Positions 1-9,524 are shown, numbered from the stretch's first letter. The stretch is 32,000 nucleotides of DNA from Candidatus Scalindua sp. (GCA_031316235.1 JALDRA010000001.1:3570001-3602000); one strand, 5' to 3'. Translations and numbers: made by a program. The notes: a model not told the origin generated them from the sequence alone.

Positions 1-233
1 TGGTTTTCAGTACTATACCGCTTTTGTCTGTTTTCATGGGTCTAAAATGATAAAACTCCTGCATCTGCTGCGTAGTGTTTACCAGCTACAATATACTGTT
101 GTCCTTTTTTGCGATTCAGTGATGGATGCATAAAAACAGCACCATTTATGAGTTGATATTTCCCTGACAGATTTTTGCGTACCTATCCATCTGCTATGGG
201 GTAAATGCCGGGTGATGTGCCTGATTACAGGTT

Positions 234-1175
234 TTAACTGGAGGCCTCTGCATACTGAAAAGGGGCAAACTTATGTAAAATGTTTTTTTGTAAAAAATGG
301 TCGTGTAACTTTTTACGCAGTTTTTGTGTGCCCTTCAGGTTAGGACAGAGTGACAGGGCCTTATTAAAATTTACCATTGATCCGTTCCAGTCACCAAGGG
401 TTAAATAACAATCTGCAATTTTTTTATATATCAGAGCCTCCTCGTTTTTATTGAGTCCAAGGGCAAAAACCTTCTTAAAATAGGTAATTGCTGCGCTGGG
501 TTGTATTGTTTTGAACAGTTTCTTGCATGACAATCGAATTATACGCTCCTTTATCTCCTGGCGGAGATGTCTGCGGTCAGGGTTTTTCTGGGCATTTGTG
601 TAAACGTGCTCGTACCATTTGAATGAAAGCTCATAGGCTCCCTGCCTTTCATACTCCTCTGCAAGAAGAAATATGCAATCTACATAATCTTTGATACCTA
701 ATAAGACCAGAAGATCGCACTCCTTGTTCTCAGCTCTCAAGCGTTCATAACTTTTGATAGCCTGTGATCCATGTTTGTTTAAAAGATCACTTAAGATCTG
801 TTTTACCTGAAACTTTATGCTGGAAGTATCATTCTTCGGAGCAAATCTGTCATTATCGACTCTTGCAGCCCTGTCTACCTGGAGTAATCTATCATAATGA
901 TCTCTTTTTTCAGCGTCTGTCAATGTCTTGTAGGCCTGGATCAGTAACTTGATCTGACCATCTGCGGAGACTCCATTGGTCTTATGCCTGTCAGGATGGT
1001 ATTGTTTTACAAGCTTTCGAAAAGAGTTCTTGATTACTTCGTCTTTTGCCCCTTCTTCTATTTGTAAAACATGGTAATAGTTAATCAGCTTTGATACCTC
1101 TTTCTCTATAAAGATTGAAACTTCTCTGCACGAGTCAAGTATATTGCACACATGAAACATGATGTTGAAATTCAT
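234..1175 (-). CDS. J-domain (DnaJ-like) co-chaperone with helical TPR-like C-terminal region
   Basis: 313-aa ORF. Residues ~33-95 form a J-domain (YYHVLQIEEGAKDEVIKNSFRKLVKQYHPDRH, HPD tripeptide present). The C-terminal ~200 aa look helical, with a TPR-like stretch (ALIYKKIADCYLTLGDWNGSMVNFNKALSLCPN). The J-domain begins ~30 aa from the annotated ATG, so the start codon is uncertain. Confidence 0.75.
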   Translation of the reverse strand: MNFNIMFHVCNILDSCREVSIFIEKEVSKLINYYHVLQIEEGAKDEVIKNSFRKLVKQYHPDRHKTNGVSADGQIKLLIQAYKTLTDAEKRDHYDRLLQVDRAARVDNDRFAPKNDTSSIKFQVKQILSDLLNKHGSQAIKSYERLRAENKECDLLVLLGIKDYVDCIFLLAEEYERQGAYELSFKWYEHVYTNAQKNPDRRHLRQEIKERIIRLSCKKLFKTIQPSAAITYFKKVFALGLNKNEEALIYKKIADCYLTLGDWNGSMVNFNKALSLCPNLKGTQKLRKKLHDHFLQKNILHKFAPFQYAEASS

Positions 1176-1188
1176 GTTTTATGAATGA

Positions 1189-1245
1189 TATACTCATCTC
1201 ATAATGGTTTCCGGTGAAACCGGAAACCAGATCGGTTTTAGTATA
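1189..1245 (+). repeat. Short (57-bp) internally deleted copy of the 112-bp TATACT...AGTATA MITE-like repeat
   Basis: Sequence is tatactcatctcataatggttt|ccggtgaaaccggaaaccagatcggttttagtata. The left ~22 nt and right ~35 nt of the full element (compare 23959-24070) are joined at the shared tggttt motif. It contains a perfect 11-bp hairpin tggtttccggt / accggaaacca. Confidence 0.75.
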
Positions 1246-1389
1246 GAATGGTAGCATTCGCATGAGGACAAGTCAACGATTTTCATGGTGTGTGTCAAGT
1301 TGGTGGTAAGCAGTATAACGACCCTGAAAGGAGAATGCATTGAACGCATAAGTGGAATTGAAACAAGCGGTACGGGCAAACGGTTTCAG

Positions 1390-2946
1390 CTACGTTGTTT
1401 TCATAATTACCGTGCCTTGGGTGATACCGTACTGTTCTATCTTAATATTAAGGCTTGCACGACTCATTCCCAAATTACGGGCAGAGATGGTTTTGTTCCA
1501 TTTTGACTTGTTCAGCTCGTTTTCAATTATCTCTTTTTCAACAGATCTTATTATATTTTTCAGCTTTGAATTGTGAAGACCCTTTTTTATTAATAAACCG
1601 GGAAAAGAGGTAATCTTTAATTGTGTACTGAGAAGATCGGCCTTTAGAGAACGTTCCTCGCCAGACATAATGACTAATCGCTCAACCACATTTTTTAGTT
1701 CCCGGATATTTCCCGGCCAATCATATGCTACGAGCATTCTGAATACATCCTGGTCTATCTCCTTTGTTTGTAAGTTCTGCATTTTTATATAAGATTCTAA
1801 AAAATGATAGACCAGTGGAATGATATCTTCCTTCCTGTTTCTCAGAGGAGGTACAAAGATCGGCAATGTGTTAATCCTGTAATAGAGGTCTTTGCGGAAC
1901 AAACCCTGTTTAACCATATCCTCCAGTTTCCTGTTAGTTGCTGCAATAATACGGACATTTACCTTTACTAATTTTGTTCCACCTAATCGATAAAAAGAAC
2001 CATTTTCCAATATCCGCAAGAGTTTTGCCTGGCTTTCAATATTCATTTCACCAATTTCATCCAGAAATAATGTGCCACCATCTGCGATCTGGAATAACCC
2101 TTTTTTCTCTGAAGCAGCACCGGTAAAAGAACCTTTTTCATGGCCAAATAATTCTGAAGTCAAAAGTGCATCATTAAAAGCAGAACAGTTCTGGATGATA
2201 AATACTTTGTCCTTGCGGGGACTGTTATAGTGAATGGCAGCCGCAAGCAATTCCTTTCCTGTGCCGGTTTCACCCTCAATCAAGACAGGTTTTTCGGTAT
2301 TTTCTATGAGATCCAGCAGATGGAAAACTTTTTTCATTACTGCGCTTACACCAATGATATCCTTATATTTTTCCTGATAGGTGTTGTTCAGCATTGATAC
2401 CCGTTTCCGGATAAGGAGTTCCTTATCTTGAAGCATTTTATAGTAAATCATTATATCCTGTGCTACCAGTTTCATAAAATCAAGTGCATACTCTTCGGAG
2501 TGTTGACTTAATAATTTGAGACTCTCAAAGCACTCTCTCGCTTGTGGTGTATCTAATCCGGGCTTTGAGAGATCTGTTGACTGAATCTGTTGTCCTGAAT
2601 ATTCGGCATTCGATAATTTCATTCCAGAACCGATCATTGCTCCGACACATTTCCCTTTAACAATGATTGGTACAACTATTCCATAGAGGCCTGTGTGGCA
2701 TTTGTATGTAAAAGGTTTCTGCTTTGAGTTGAATGGCAGAAGTTTATCATAAAACTGTCTGCATTTTTTTATACCGTCTTTTGATGAGTGCATTAAATTG
2801 CAGAACGGATTGGTTAGACACGTACCATCATCCACATGATTGCCGAATTCATCATAAATCTGTATATCCATAACCCACCACTTGTAACAAATTTGCTTAA
2901 AAGTATTGATTACGTAAGAGTCTAAAATTTTCTTCCAATCTATCAC
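1390..2946 (-). CDS. Sigma-54-dependent transcriptional activator (bEBP) with PocR-like N-terminal sensor domain and no receiver domain
   Basis: 518-aa ORF with a GTG start at 2946. The AAA+ core has Walker A GETGTGKE, ELFGHEKGSFTGA (GAFTGA-type sigma-54 contact loop) and Walker B LFLDEIGE. The C-terminal Fis-type HTH is NKTISARNLGMSRASLNIKIEQYGI. The N-terminus (FCNLMHSSKDGIKKCRQFY...YKCHTGLYGIVVPIIVKGKCVGAMIGSG) matches the PocR sensory-domain pattern. Confidence 0.9.
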   Translation of the reverse strand: MIDWKKILDSYVINTFKQICYKWWVMDIQIYDEFGNHVDDGTCLTNPFCNLMHSSKDGIKKCRQFYDKLLPFNSKQKPFTYKCHTGLYGIVVPIIVKGKCVGAMIGSGMKLSNAEYSGQQIQSTDLSKPGLDTPQARECFESLKLLSQHSEEYALDFMKLVAQDIMIYYKMLQDKELLIRKRVSMLNNTYQEKYKDIIGVSAVMKKVFHLLDLIENTEKPVLIEGETGTGKELLAAAIHYNSPRKDKVFIIQNCSAFNDALLTSELFGHEKGSFTGAASEKKGLFQIADGGTLFLDEIGEMNIESQAKLLRILENGSFYRLGGTKLVKVNVRIIAATNRKLEDMVKQGLFRKDLYYRINTLPIFVPPLRNRKEDIIPLVYHFLESYIKMQNLQTKEIDQDVFRMLVAYDWPGNIRELKNVVERLVIMSGEERSLKADLLSTQLKITSFPGLLIKKGLHNSKLKNIIRSVEKEIIENELNKSKWNKTISARNLGMSRASLNIKIEQYGITQGTVIMKTT

Positions 2947-3061
2947 TGGTTTTCATCCCATCCCAATTGGTAAAATTTTTCATCCAAGTAAAAATTCATA
3001 TTGTTTATATATATAAGACAAAATAAAGACTGAATGGACTGTGTAGAGCGGATTTTCATAA

Positions 3062-3090
3062 TTGACAGCACACAGGTATTTACCTAAAAT
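3062..3090 (+). promoter_or_regulatory. Candidate sigma-70 promoter (TTGACA-17 nt-TAAAAT)
   Basis: A perfect -35 TTGACA lies at 3062-3067. An exactly 17-nt spacer follows, then -10 TAAAAT at 3085-3090 (5/6 of TATAAT). It fires rightward, antisense to the small ORF 3084-3227 and toward the 911-aa gene ~740 nt away. This is motif evidence only. Confidence 0.3.
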
Positions 3091-3227
3091 TCCTCTTCAC
3101 TCTCGATTTCGTCTTTGGTGAGAATCTCGTGGAAGATATCTCCTGCAACGCTAAAGACCAGGGCAGCGGTTGCTCCTAATGCTAAAAAAATCAAAGAAAT
3201 CAGAAGACTGGTCACAATTTTTTTCAT
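3084..3227 (-). CDS. Small (47-aa) hydrophobic membrane peptide, below the ORF-track cutoff
   Basis: Hand translation gives MKKIVTSLLISLIFLALGATAALVFSVAGDIFHEILTKDEIESEEEF, with ATG at 3227 and TAG at 3086-3084. An AAGGA Shine-Dalgarno sits ~8 nt upstream (caaggaattattctATG). The peptide has one clear TM helix followed by an acidic tail. Confidence 0.45.
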   Translation of the reverse strand: MKKIVTSLLISLIFLALGATAALVFSVAGDIFHEILTKDEIESEEEF

Positions 3228-3828
3228 AGAATAATTCCTTGACTCATTTTAGAATTGCAGCATTAAATAATAGTGATCATGAAGAAACCTCCTCAACAGA
3301 ATCTTTATGTTCTGGAAGGTTCAAGTCCCTGGCAGGGATGTTGGTTTAATTAACAATTGTTGTACCGAAAACAGTCTCAGAATAAAAAAAAACTGTAAGG
3401 CAAGACTGTGATTATGCTTGGCAACGGTCTTTGAGGATCAAATTCCATCTGTTTTTTTCATTCAATGGTTTGTAAAAATCTGATGGAAAATGCCAAACAG
3501 GGGATTTGGGGTATAAGTGCCAACAGACAAATATGTTACGTTTGTTTTCTTTTGTTGCCCATTTTCAACAATAGTTGACTGAAGGGATCTCTTTTTTCAT
3601 AATCCCGTCGTCTTCTGGTGGATGTTGTTCATGGTTGGCGTATTTTGTCGGTGAGGGATTACCTAAGTAATGATGTTAATGAATTTATGCTTGCAATAGG
3701 TATAAAATGGTTGTAATCTTGTTTTTGTTGCTGAATCTGAATTTTGTTTACGTTTACCTTGTTGAATCTTTTTATGAACAGCGGGAAGGGTTCTAAGATT
3801 CCGGATAGATCGAAATTACTTGTAAGAG

Positions 3829-6564
3829 ATGAAGGCTAAGAAATTACTGATCCCAATTATCATCATATCTGTCTGTCTTGCCGCCTTTATCTGCGCATAT
3901 GTTTTACTGAAAATATATACTTCAGAGGATTCAATCAAATCAAAGATCACGACTGCACTGGAAGCTGCGACCGGTGGCGAATTAAAGATCAAAAATGCTC
4001 ATTTTGACCTGTTCAAGGGAATCCAATTGAACAAAATTGTTTTTTCAGGAAAAAAATCAGAAAATTTACGTATCGAAGTGGAAGAGATACTTATCAGACA
4101 TGAACCAATGGCATTGTTAAGAGGGGAGATTTTAATTGATAGAATTACGATTTTATCTCCCGAACTGTTTATCGTAAGGGAGAAAGATGCAATATGGAGG
4201 TTCCTTAACGGTATTAAGACCTTTGCAGATCATACGGAATTTGCTGTCCAATCTGATATGCTGAGAAACGGTGTTGTTGCAAAAAATGTCCATGTGCATG
4301 TTTTTGACGAGGATATATTCAGGGGAGGCAGTCTGGATATAGAAAACATGAATCTGTCTGCCCAGCCATTTGGTGGGTCATTAAGAGACATACATATAAA
4401 AGCAGTGGTTCATGACGGTTTGTGGAATGGGTTTGATATCAGCATTGATGCGAATCTTGCTGTTCCAGAATTAAAGGTTGTCTCTCAACTGAGAAATAAA
4501 TATATGACTGAAGAACTCATGAAAGAGCTTCCTGTTATTGGAGAGAAGTTCTGGGAGACATATTTACCGACAGGAACATTCGATTTCACCTGTTTCCTTA
4601 CCTTGAATAATAAAGACAACGGGCAGAAGGTAGACTACAACTTCAATCTTGATATTCATGATGCGGAGTTTACATACAAAAAGTGGCCGTTTTTGATAAA
4701 ACACGTCAATGGGTCACTGGAGCATTCCCCGAAGGGTCTGTTTCTTCGGAGCCTGAAGGGAAGTGTTCAGAATGAGATACATGAGTCACTCGGAGAAGTG
4801 GATGCTTACATAGGGATTGGTAATGCACGAAAGAGAATAGATATAAATATTCCGAATTTAAAAATTACGGAAAAACTCCTCAAAATGATTCCGGACAGAG
4901 GGGAGGAGATAAGGGTAAAGTATGACCCGAAAGGGGAAATCGACCTGCGACTGACCTATGAGAGTAATGAAGATAAATCTATGACGGGGTTTTCGGTGAA
5001 AGCGATGTGCAGGGGGGTTGAGGCGAATTATCCCAATTTTCCTTACCGTTTATCTCATATTTTTGGCCAATTAGAAATGAACGGTGAAAATGTATATTTC
5101 AGAGATGTCAGCGGTTCTTTTTTTGACGAAGAGAGAGTGAACCATTTTGCACTTGAGGGAGAAATGAACCTTGAGAGCCAGAAAAAGAGGTTTACCCTCT
5201 CGGCACCAAATCTGAATCTCACCGAACAGATCATCAAGTTCATACCGAACAAGGGAGAAGAAATATGGGAGAAAAACAAACCTGAGGGACAAGTGGACCT
5301 GATGCTTAACTATACGGGTTTTAAGGATAGAAGTGAAGATGAATATTTCATTACCGTTGACTGCAAGGGGAATGAAATTGAATACAGTACGTTACCGATT
5401 ACGGTATCTGATATCATCGGCAGGATAGTAATAGACAAGGAGAAGATTCAGTGTAAGAGTTTGAGGGGCTATGTGGTAACAGGCAAACAGTTATCACGGG
5501 CGACATGTAACGGGGTACTTGGACTGGGCAACGAAAACAAAAAGGCCTTTTTCAGTGTTCTGGGCTTACGGGTAACTGACGACCTGTTAGATAAATTTCA
5601 GAAATATTTTAAAAGCGAATGGGTGCATATTGAGCCGCAAGGTTGGGTAGATGTTGTTTTCGATTACGAGAGCAGTGATAAGGAACCGAAGGATAATTAT
5701 ACTGTCGTCTTGAATACAGAAGGCTGCGAACTGAGTTTTTCAAAATTCCCTTTTCGTGTTTCAGAAATACGTACTCGATTGAATATTGAAAATGGCTATT
5801 TTGTAAACAAGGAATTTAATGGCTCTTTTGGTGGTGGCAGGATCGTTGGAGCAGCTGAGATTGACAAAAACACATCAGACGGAGAGTATAAGGGGGTATT
5901 CAGATTTCGGGATATTGACCTGATTGATTTAGTCGAGCATCTGTTTAAGGAACCAAAAGAGCTATCTGGGATCTGTGATGGAAATGTTGAATTTCATGGC
6001 AGGGGTTCAGACATTAATAATTTTATTGCAAAGGGGAATGCTAAAATAAGTGATGCTTATATTACTGAAGTTCCCTTTATATTGAACATACTGAACCTTT
6101 TAAACCTCTCTATACCGACCAAAGATACATTTCATAGCGCACAGATAAAATACTCGGTGAAAGAGCAGATTGTACACATTGAAGAAATGAAGCTGATAAG
6201 TGATACCATTGAATTGGGAGGTGTCGGAACGGTGGGGCTGGATGGAAAACTTGATTTGATTGTGGTTGCTGGATTTAATAAAGACACATTTTCACAGATA
6301 CCTCTCATCGGCCAACTAATGGATTATGTCGTGGACGGGGTCAGCAAGAAACTTACCAAGGTGGCAGTGACAGGGACATTTTCACATCCGGTGAGTACCA
6401 TAGTAACATTGGAGCAGTTTAAGCACCCGATTAAGAGTATCTTTGATCTGTTATCAAGGGAGAGGGTGAAAAAAACGGGAAAAACAGAAAAGGGAAGTTA
6501 CAGGAATGAAGATAACAAAAATGAGGATATTGGGGATGACGTCAGAAGTCTGGGCATTTTCTGA
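3829..6564 (+). CDS. AsmA/TamB-like membrane-anchored envelope protein with four internal ~119-aa repeats
   Basis: 911-aa ORF. The N-terminal anchor and motif (LLIPIIIISVCLAAFICAYVLL...IKSKITTALEAATGGELKIKNAHFDLFKGIQLNKIVF) resemble AsmA N-termini. The C-terminal part (GNAKISDAYITEVPFILNILNLLNL...GGVGTVGLDGKLDLIVVAGF) resembles the AsmA-like C-terminal region. The central repeats are described in the findings. The coding call is firm. The family assignment is moderate. Confidence 0.65.
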   Translation: MKAKKLLIPIIIISVCLAAFICAYVLLKIYTSEDSIKSKITTALEAATGGELKIKNAHFDLFKGIQLNKIVFSGKKSENLRIEVEEILIRHEPMALLRGEILIDRITILSPELFIVREKDAIWRFLNGIKTFADHTEFAVQSDMLRNGVVAKNVHVHVFDEDIFRGGSLDIENMNLSAQPFGGSLRDIHIKAVVHDGLWNGFDISIDANLAVPELKVVSQLRNKYMTEELMKELPVIGEKFWETYLPTGTFDFTCFLTLNNKDNGQKVDYNFNLDIHDAEFTYKKWPFLIKHVNGSLEHSPKGLFLRSLKGSVQNEIHESLGEVDAYIGIGNARKRIDINIPNLKITEKLLKMIPDRGEEIRVKYDPKGEIDLRLTYESNEDKSMTGFSVKAMCRGVEANYPNFPYRLSHIFGQLEMNGENVYFRDVSGSFFDEERVNHFALEGEMNLESQKKRFTLSAPNLNLTEQIIKFIPNKGEEIWEKNKPEGQVDLMLNYTGFKDRSEDEYFITVDCKGNEIEYSTLPITVSDIIGRIVIDKEKIQCKSLRGYVVTGKQLSRATCNGVLGLGNENKKAFFSVLGLRVTDDLLDKFQKYFKSEWVHIEPQGWVDVVFDYESSDKEPKDNYTVVLNTEGCELSFSKFPFRVSEIRTRLNIENGYFVNKEFNGSFGGGRIVGAAEIDKNTSDGEYKGVFRFRDIDLIDLVEHLFKEPKELSGICDGNVEFHGRGSDINNFIAKGNAKISDAYITEVPFILNILNLLNLSIPTKDTFHSAQIKYSVKEQIVHIEEMKLISDTIELGGVGTVGLDGKLDLIVVAGFNKDTFSQIPLIGQLMDYVVDGVSKKLTKVAVTGTFSHPVSTIVTLEQFKHPIKSIFDLLSRERVKKTGKTEKGSYRNEDNKNEDIGDDVRSLGIF

Positions 6565-6731
6565 TTTTACATTCCTGCTCGTTTGAATCTGAAATAGAGC
6601 GTGTTTTTGTTTTCAATTTCTGTATAATATGTATTTCTCTGGTCGAGAGGACCAAACGTGTCTTTTACTTAATAAAGAGCGTATTATTATAATCTACCAC
6701 TCAAAAGACTGGTATAAATAAAGGTATTGTT

Positions 6732-8615
6732 ATGAAAGAACCGGAAAAGAAATTTTCAAAGCCTTTTTCAAAAAATCAATTAAAATCTCCATTTTTTATT
6801 ATTATTCTTGTAGCCATCATCCTTGCTACTTTTCAAATTTATACCGTCGGGCCTGTTACAAAAAACATATCATATAGTGAATTCAAGATGTTTCTCAAAG
6901 ACGGCAGAGTTGATACATGCCAGGTTACCTCCAGCCTTATAAGGGGTAATTTGAAAAATGAAGACAATTTCAATGCCCAAAAGGGCTTTGTTACTGCCAG
7001 GGTTGAAGATCCTGATCTTGTGAAAGAGCTTGAGACACAGGGTGTGAAATTTTCTGGTGAATATGAAAGCCCATGGATACAGACCTTGTTGTTTACCTGG
7101 ATAATCCCAATTGCCGTCTTCTTTCTTATCTGGCGGTTTGTATTAAAGGGAATGGGCCCTGCAGGCGGTGTTATGTCATTTGGTAAGAGCAAGGGAAAAT
7201 TATATGCCCAGGAAGATTTGAAATTTACCTTTAAAGATGTTGCAGGTATAGATGAGGCAAAGACGGAATTGTCCGAAGTGGTTGAGTTTTTAAAGACACC
7301 TCATAAATTCACGAGCCTCGGTGGCAAGATCCCGAAAGGAGTACTGCTTGTCGGAGCACCTGGTACCGGGAAGACCCTGCTTGCCAAAGCTGTTGCTGGA
7401 GAGGCAGGAGTCCCTTTTTTTGGCATCAGTGGTTCTGAATTTGTTGAGATGTTTGTCGGAGTTGGAGCGGCTAGAGTAAGGGACATGTTTAGTCAGGCAG
7501 ATCAGAAAGCACCTTGTATCATCTTCATTGACGAACTTGATGCCCTTGGTAAGACAAGGGGAATTAATCCGATGGGGGGGCATGACGAAAGAGAGCAAAC
7601 ACTCAATCAGTTGCTGGTAGAGATGGATGGTTTCGATTCTAATAAAGGTGTCATTATTATGAGCGCAACGAACAGGCCCGAGATTCTTGATCCAGCCCTT
7701 ATGAGGCCTGGGAGGTTTGACAGACAAGTTGTTGTTGACAGGCCGGATTTGAATGGTCGAGAGGCGATCTTGGATATTCATGTAAAAGGGGTAAAACTTT
7801 GCAAGGATGTCGATAAGAGAGCCATTGCTGCTATGACGCCCGGTTTTGTTGGTGCTGATTTGGCAAACATAGTGAATGAGGCAGCCTTGCTTGCAGCAAG
7901 ACGTGAAAAAAAAGCTGTTGAAATGGCTGATTTTGAAGAGGCAATAGAAAGAATCATGGCCGGACTTGAGAAGAAGAAAAGGCTCATAAACAAACGTGAG
8001 AAAAAAATAGTGGCCTATCATGAATGTGGACATGCGCTTATCGCAACGTTTCTTCCAACTACTGACGAAGTAAAGAAGATTTCAATTATACCGAGAGGAG
8101 TTGCTGCATTGGGTTATACCCTGCAATTGCCAACTGAGGACAGATATCTGATGACCCAGAAGGAGCTCGAAGACAGAATATCGGTACTCCTGGGTGGAAG
8201 AGCTGCGGAGAGCCTGATTTTTGGCGAAGTATCAACAGGGGCTCAAAATGATCTTGAAAAGGCAACTGAAATAGCAAAAAAAATGGTGAAGTTTTATGGG
8301 ATGAGTGAAAAACTGGGCATCGTTACCTTTGAACAGGAGAACCGCTCTGCTTTTTTCCCGGGGTATGGTGGTACAAAGAATGATTATAGCGAAGAAACTT
8401 CAAGAGAGATAGACCTTGAAGTGAGAAGGATTATCGATGAAACATTTGTGAAAACCAATGAACTTTTAGAAGAAAAGAAGGATTTGCTCATCAAGATTGC
8501 GGAAATCTTGATGGAAAAAGAGGTGATAGACAGAAAAGAGTTGCTGGAGATACTTGGCAGGGAAAATGAGGAGGCTACCTCTGCGGATGGGGAGGAACTG
8601 GATGGGAAGATCTAG
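6732..8615 (+). CDS. ftsH: ATP-dependent zinc metalloprotease FtsH
   Basis: 627 aa with two N-terminal TM helices. Motifs are Walker A GAPGTGKT, Walker [30 protein letters not shown] and zinc site HECGHAL. Confidence 0.96.
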   Translation: MKEPEKKFSKPFSKNQLKSPFFIIILVAIILATFQIYTVGPVTKNISYSEFKMFLKDGRVDTCQVTSSLIRGNLKNEDNFNAQKGFVTARVEDPDLVKELETQGVKFSGEYESPWIQTLLFTWIIPIAVFFLIWRFVLKGMGPAGGVMSFGKSKGKLYAQEDLKFTFKDVAGIDEAKTELSEVVEFLKTPHKFTSLGGKIPKGVLLVGAPGTGKTLLAKAVAGEAGVPFFGISGSEFVEMFVGVGAARVRDMFSQADQKAPCIIFIDELDALGKTRGINPMGGHDEREQTLNQLLVEMDGFDSNKGVIIMSATNRPEILDPALMRPGRFDRQVVVDRPDLNGREAILDIHVKGVKLCKDVDKRAIAAMTPGFVGADLANIVNEAALLAARREKKAVEMADFEEAIERIMAGLEKKKRLINKREKKIVAYHECGHALIATFLPTTDEVKKISIIPRGVAALGYTLQLPTEDRYLMTQKELEDRISVLLGGRAAESLIFGEVSTGAQNDLEKATEIAKKMVKFYGMSEKLGIVTFEQENRSAFFPGYGGTKNDYSEETSREIDLEVRRIIDETFVKTNELLEEKKDLLIKIAEILMEKEVIDRKELLEILGRENEEATSADGEELDGKI

Positions 8616-8644
8616 CAGGTGCATCGACGGAAACAGTCCGTCTG

Positions 8645-8740
8645 CTGCATTACTCTGATAATTCCGTAATCCTCAGGTACAGTGGTAAATTACGGTTACG
8701 AGATCGGCTCACCTTGTATCCGGGAAGTTCCGGTTGAACT
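8645..8740 (+). repeat. Copy 1 of a ~95-nt degenerate intergenic repeat family (family 2)
   Basis: ctgcattactctgataattccgtaatcctcaggtacagtggtaaattacgg...caccttgtatccggg...ggttgaac aligns with 24431-24526. Shared blocks are gcatt, ctgat, ttccgtaatc, gtacag, ttacgg, caccttgtatccgg and ggtt-aac. A conserved hairpin ccgtaa(t)/(a)ttacgg is present. Confidence 0.6.
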
Positions 8741-8820
8741 GCCCGCTGATCTTTGTCTTCTCCAATTTGTGTAAGGTATGTCTACTGTTCCTGTATACAG
8801 GGTTTTGAAAGTAAGAAAAA

Positions 8821-9354
8821 TTGGAAAATAAGCCTTTTGAAGAGATAAAAAGAATTGTTGAGGCGTTGTTGTTTGCCGTTCATGAACCAATTCCGATTCG
8901 GAAGCTGGTTGAAATTGTGGAAGGCTCTGACCAGAAACAGATTAAAGAGGCGATATCTCAATTAGGTAGGGAATACGATTCATACGACAGGGCATTTCAG
9001 ATCGAAGAGATAGCCAATGGATTTCAGCTGCTTTCAAGGCCTGAATATCATGAGTGGGTATCGAAGCTTATAAAAAAGAGCCACGATGCAAAGTTGTCAC
9101 AATCAAGTCTTGAGACCCTGGCAATCATTGCTTATAAACAACCCATAATTCGAGCAGATATAGAGGCGATACGTGGTGTTCAGTCCGGTCAGATTATCAG
9201 GACCTTAATCGAGAAAGATCTCGTTAAAATTGCGGGACGTGATGAGGTACTGGGGCGCCCACTCCTTTATGGAACCACGAAGAAATTTCTTGAACATTTC
9301 AGCTTGAATTCAATCAGGGACCTTCCAAAGGTTGAAGAGCTTGAAATGCCGTAA
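8821..9354 (+). CDS. scpB: Segregation and condensation protein B (ScpB)
   Basis: 177 aa with a TTG start. The N-terminal IVEALLFAVHEPIPIRKL motif and tandem winged-helix layout (SQSSLETLAIIAYKQPIIRADIEAIRGV) are typical of ScpB. Confidence 0.85.
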   Translation: MENKPFEEIKRIVEALLFAVHEPIPIRKLVEIVEGSDQKQIKEAISQLGREYDSYDRAFQIEEIANGFQLLSRPEYHEWVSKLIKKSHDAKLSQSSLETLAIIAYKQPIIRADIEAIRGVQSGQIIRTLIEKDLVKIAGRDEVLGRPLLYGTTKKFLEHFSLNSIRDLPKVEELEMP

Positions 9355-9524
9355 CCGGATACAGGCAGAGAGCAATTCTCATTTTTACCGCCTGTGAATT
9401 AGTAGGGCACCGTTTCCGTTACTGTATGGCATATCTCCCTAATCAGCAGCCCTATTAAAAAAGGTTTGCCAGAATAGTGCCAGGTTTATCGTTACGCAAT
9501 AGCAGGGTTCTTGAACAATAAACC

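Noticed and set aside
1-20. The window begins tggttttcagtactata, which resembles the MITE right end (tcggttttagtata).
   Set aside because: The match needs two indels over 17 nt, and the rest of the element would lie outside the window. It cannot be evaluated.
166-182. agatttttgcgta resembles part of the 174-bp element's terminal repeat (aggtttttgcgta).
   Set aside because: Only ~12 nt match, and there is no flanking similarity or inverted partner. This is compatible with chance in AT-rich DNA.
3330-3344. Sigma-54-like motifs in the bEBP / AsmA-like intergenic region: TGGCAGggatgTTGG at 3330-3344 and TGGCAAcggtcTTTG at 3419-3433.
   Set aside because: The first has GG in place of the essential -12 GC. 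The second has the -12 element displaced by one nucleotide. Neither meets the strict GG-N10-GC geometry.
7290-8033. A 247-aa ORF antisense to ftsH. Similar long antisense ORFs occur at 6839-7192, 14433-14783, 21546-21929, 22575-23056, 25027-25407, 28192-28521 and 29638-30021.
   Set aside because: Each lies wholly inside a confidently assigned gene on the other strand. They have low-complexity or Cys/Ser/Leu-rich composition and no motifs. This is the expected by-product of codon bias.
8626-8642. Hairpin gacgg-aaacagt-ccgtc just after ftsH, considered as a terminator.
   Set aside because: The stem is only 5 bp and no T tract follows it.
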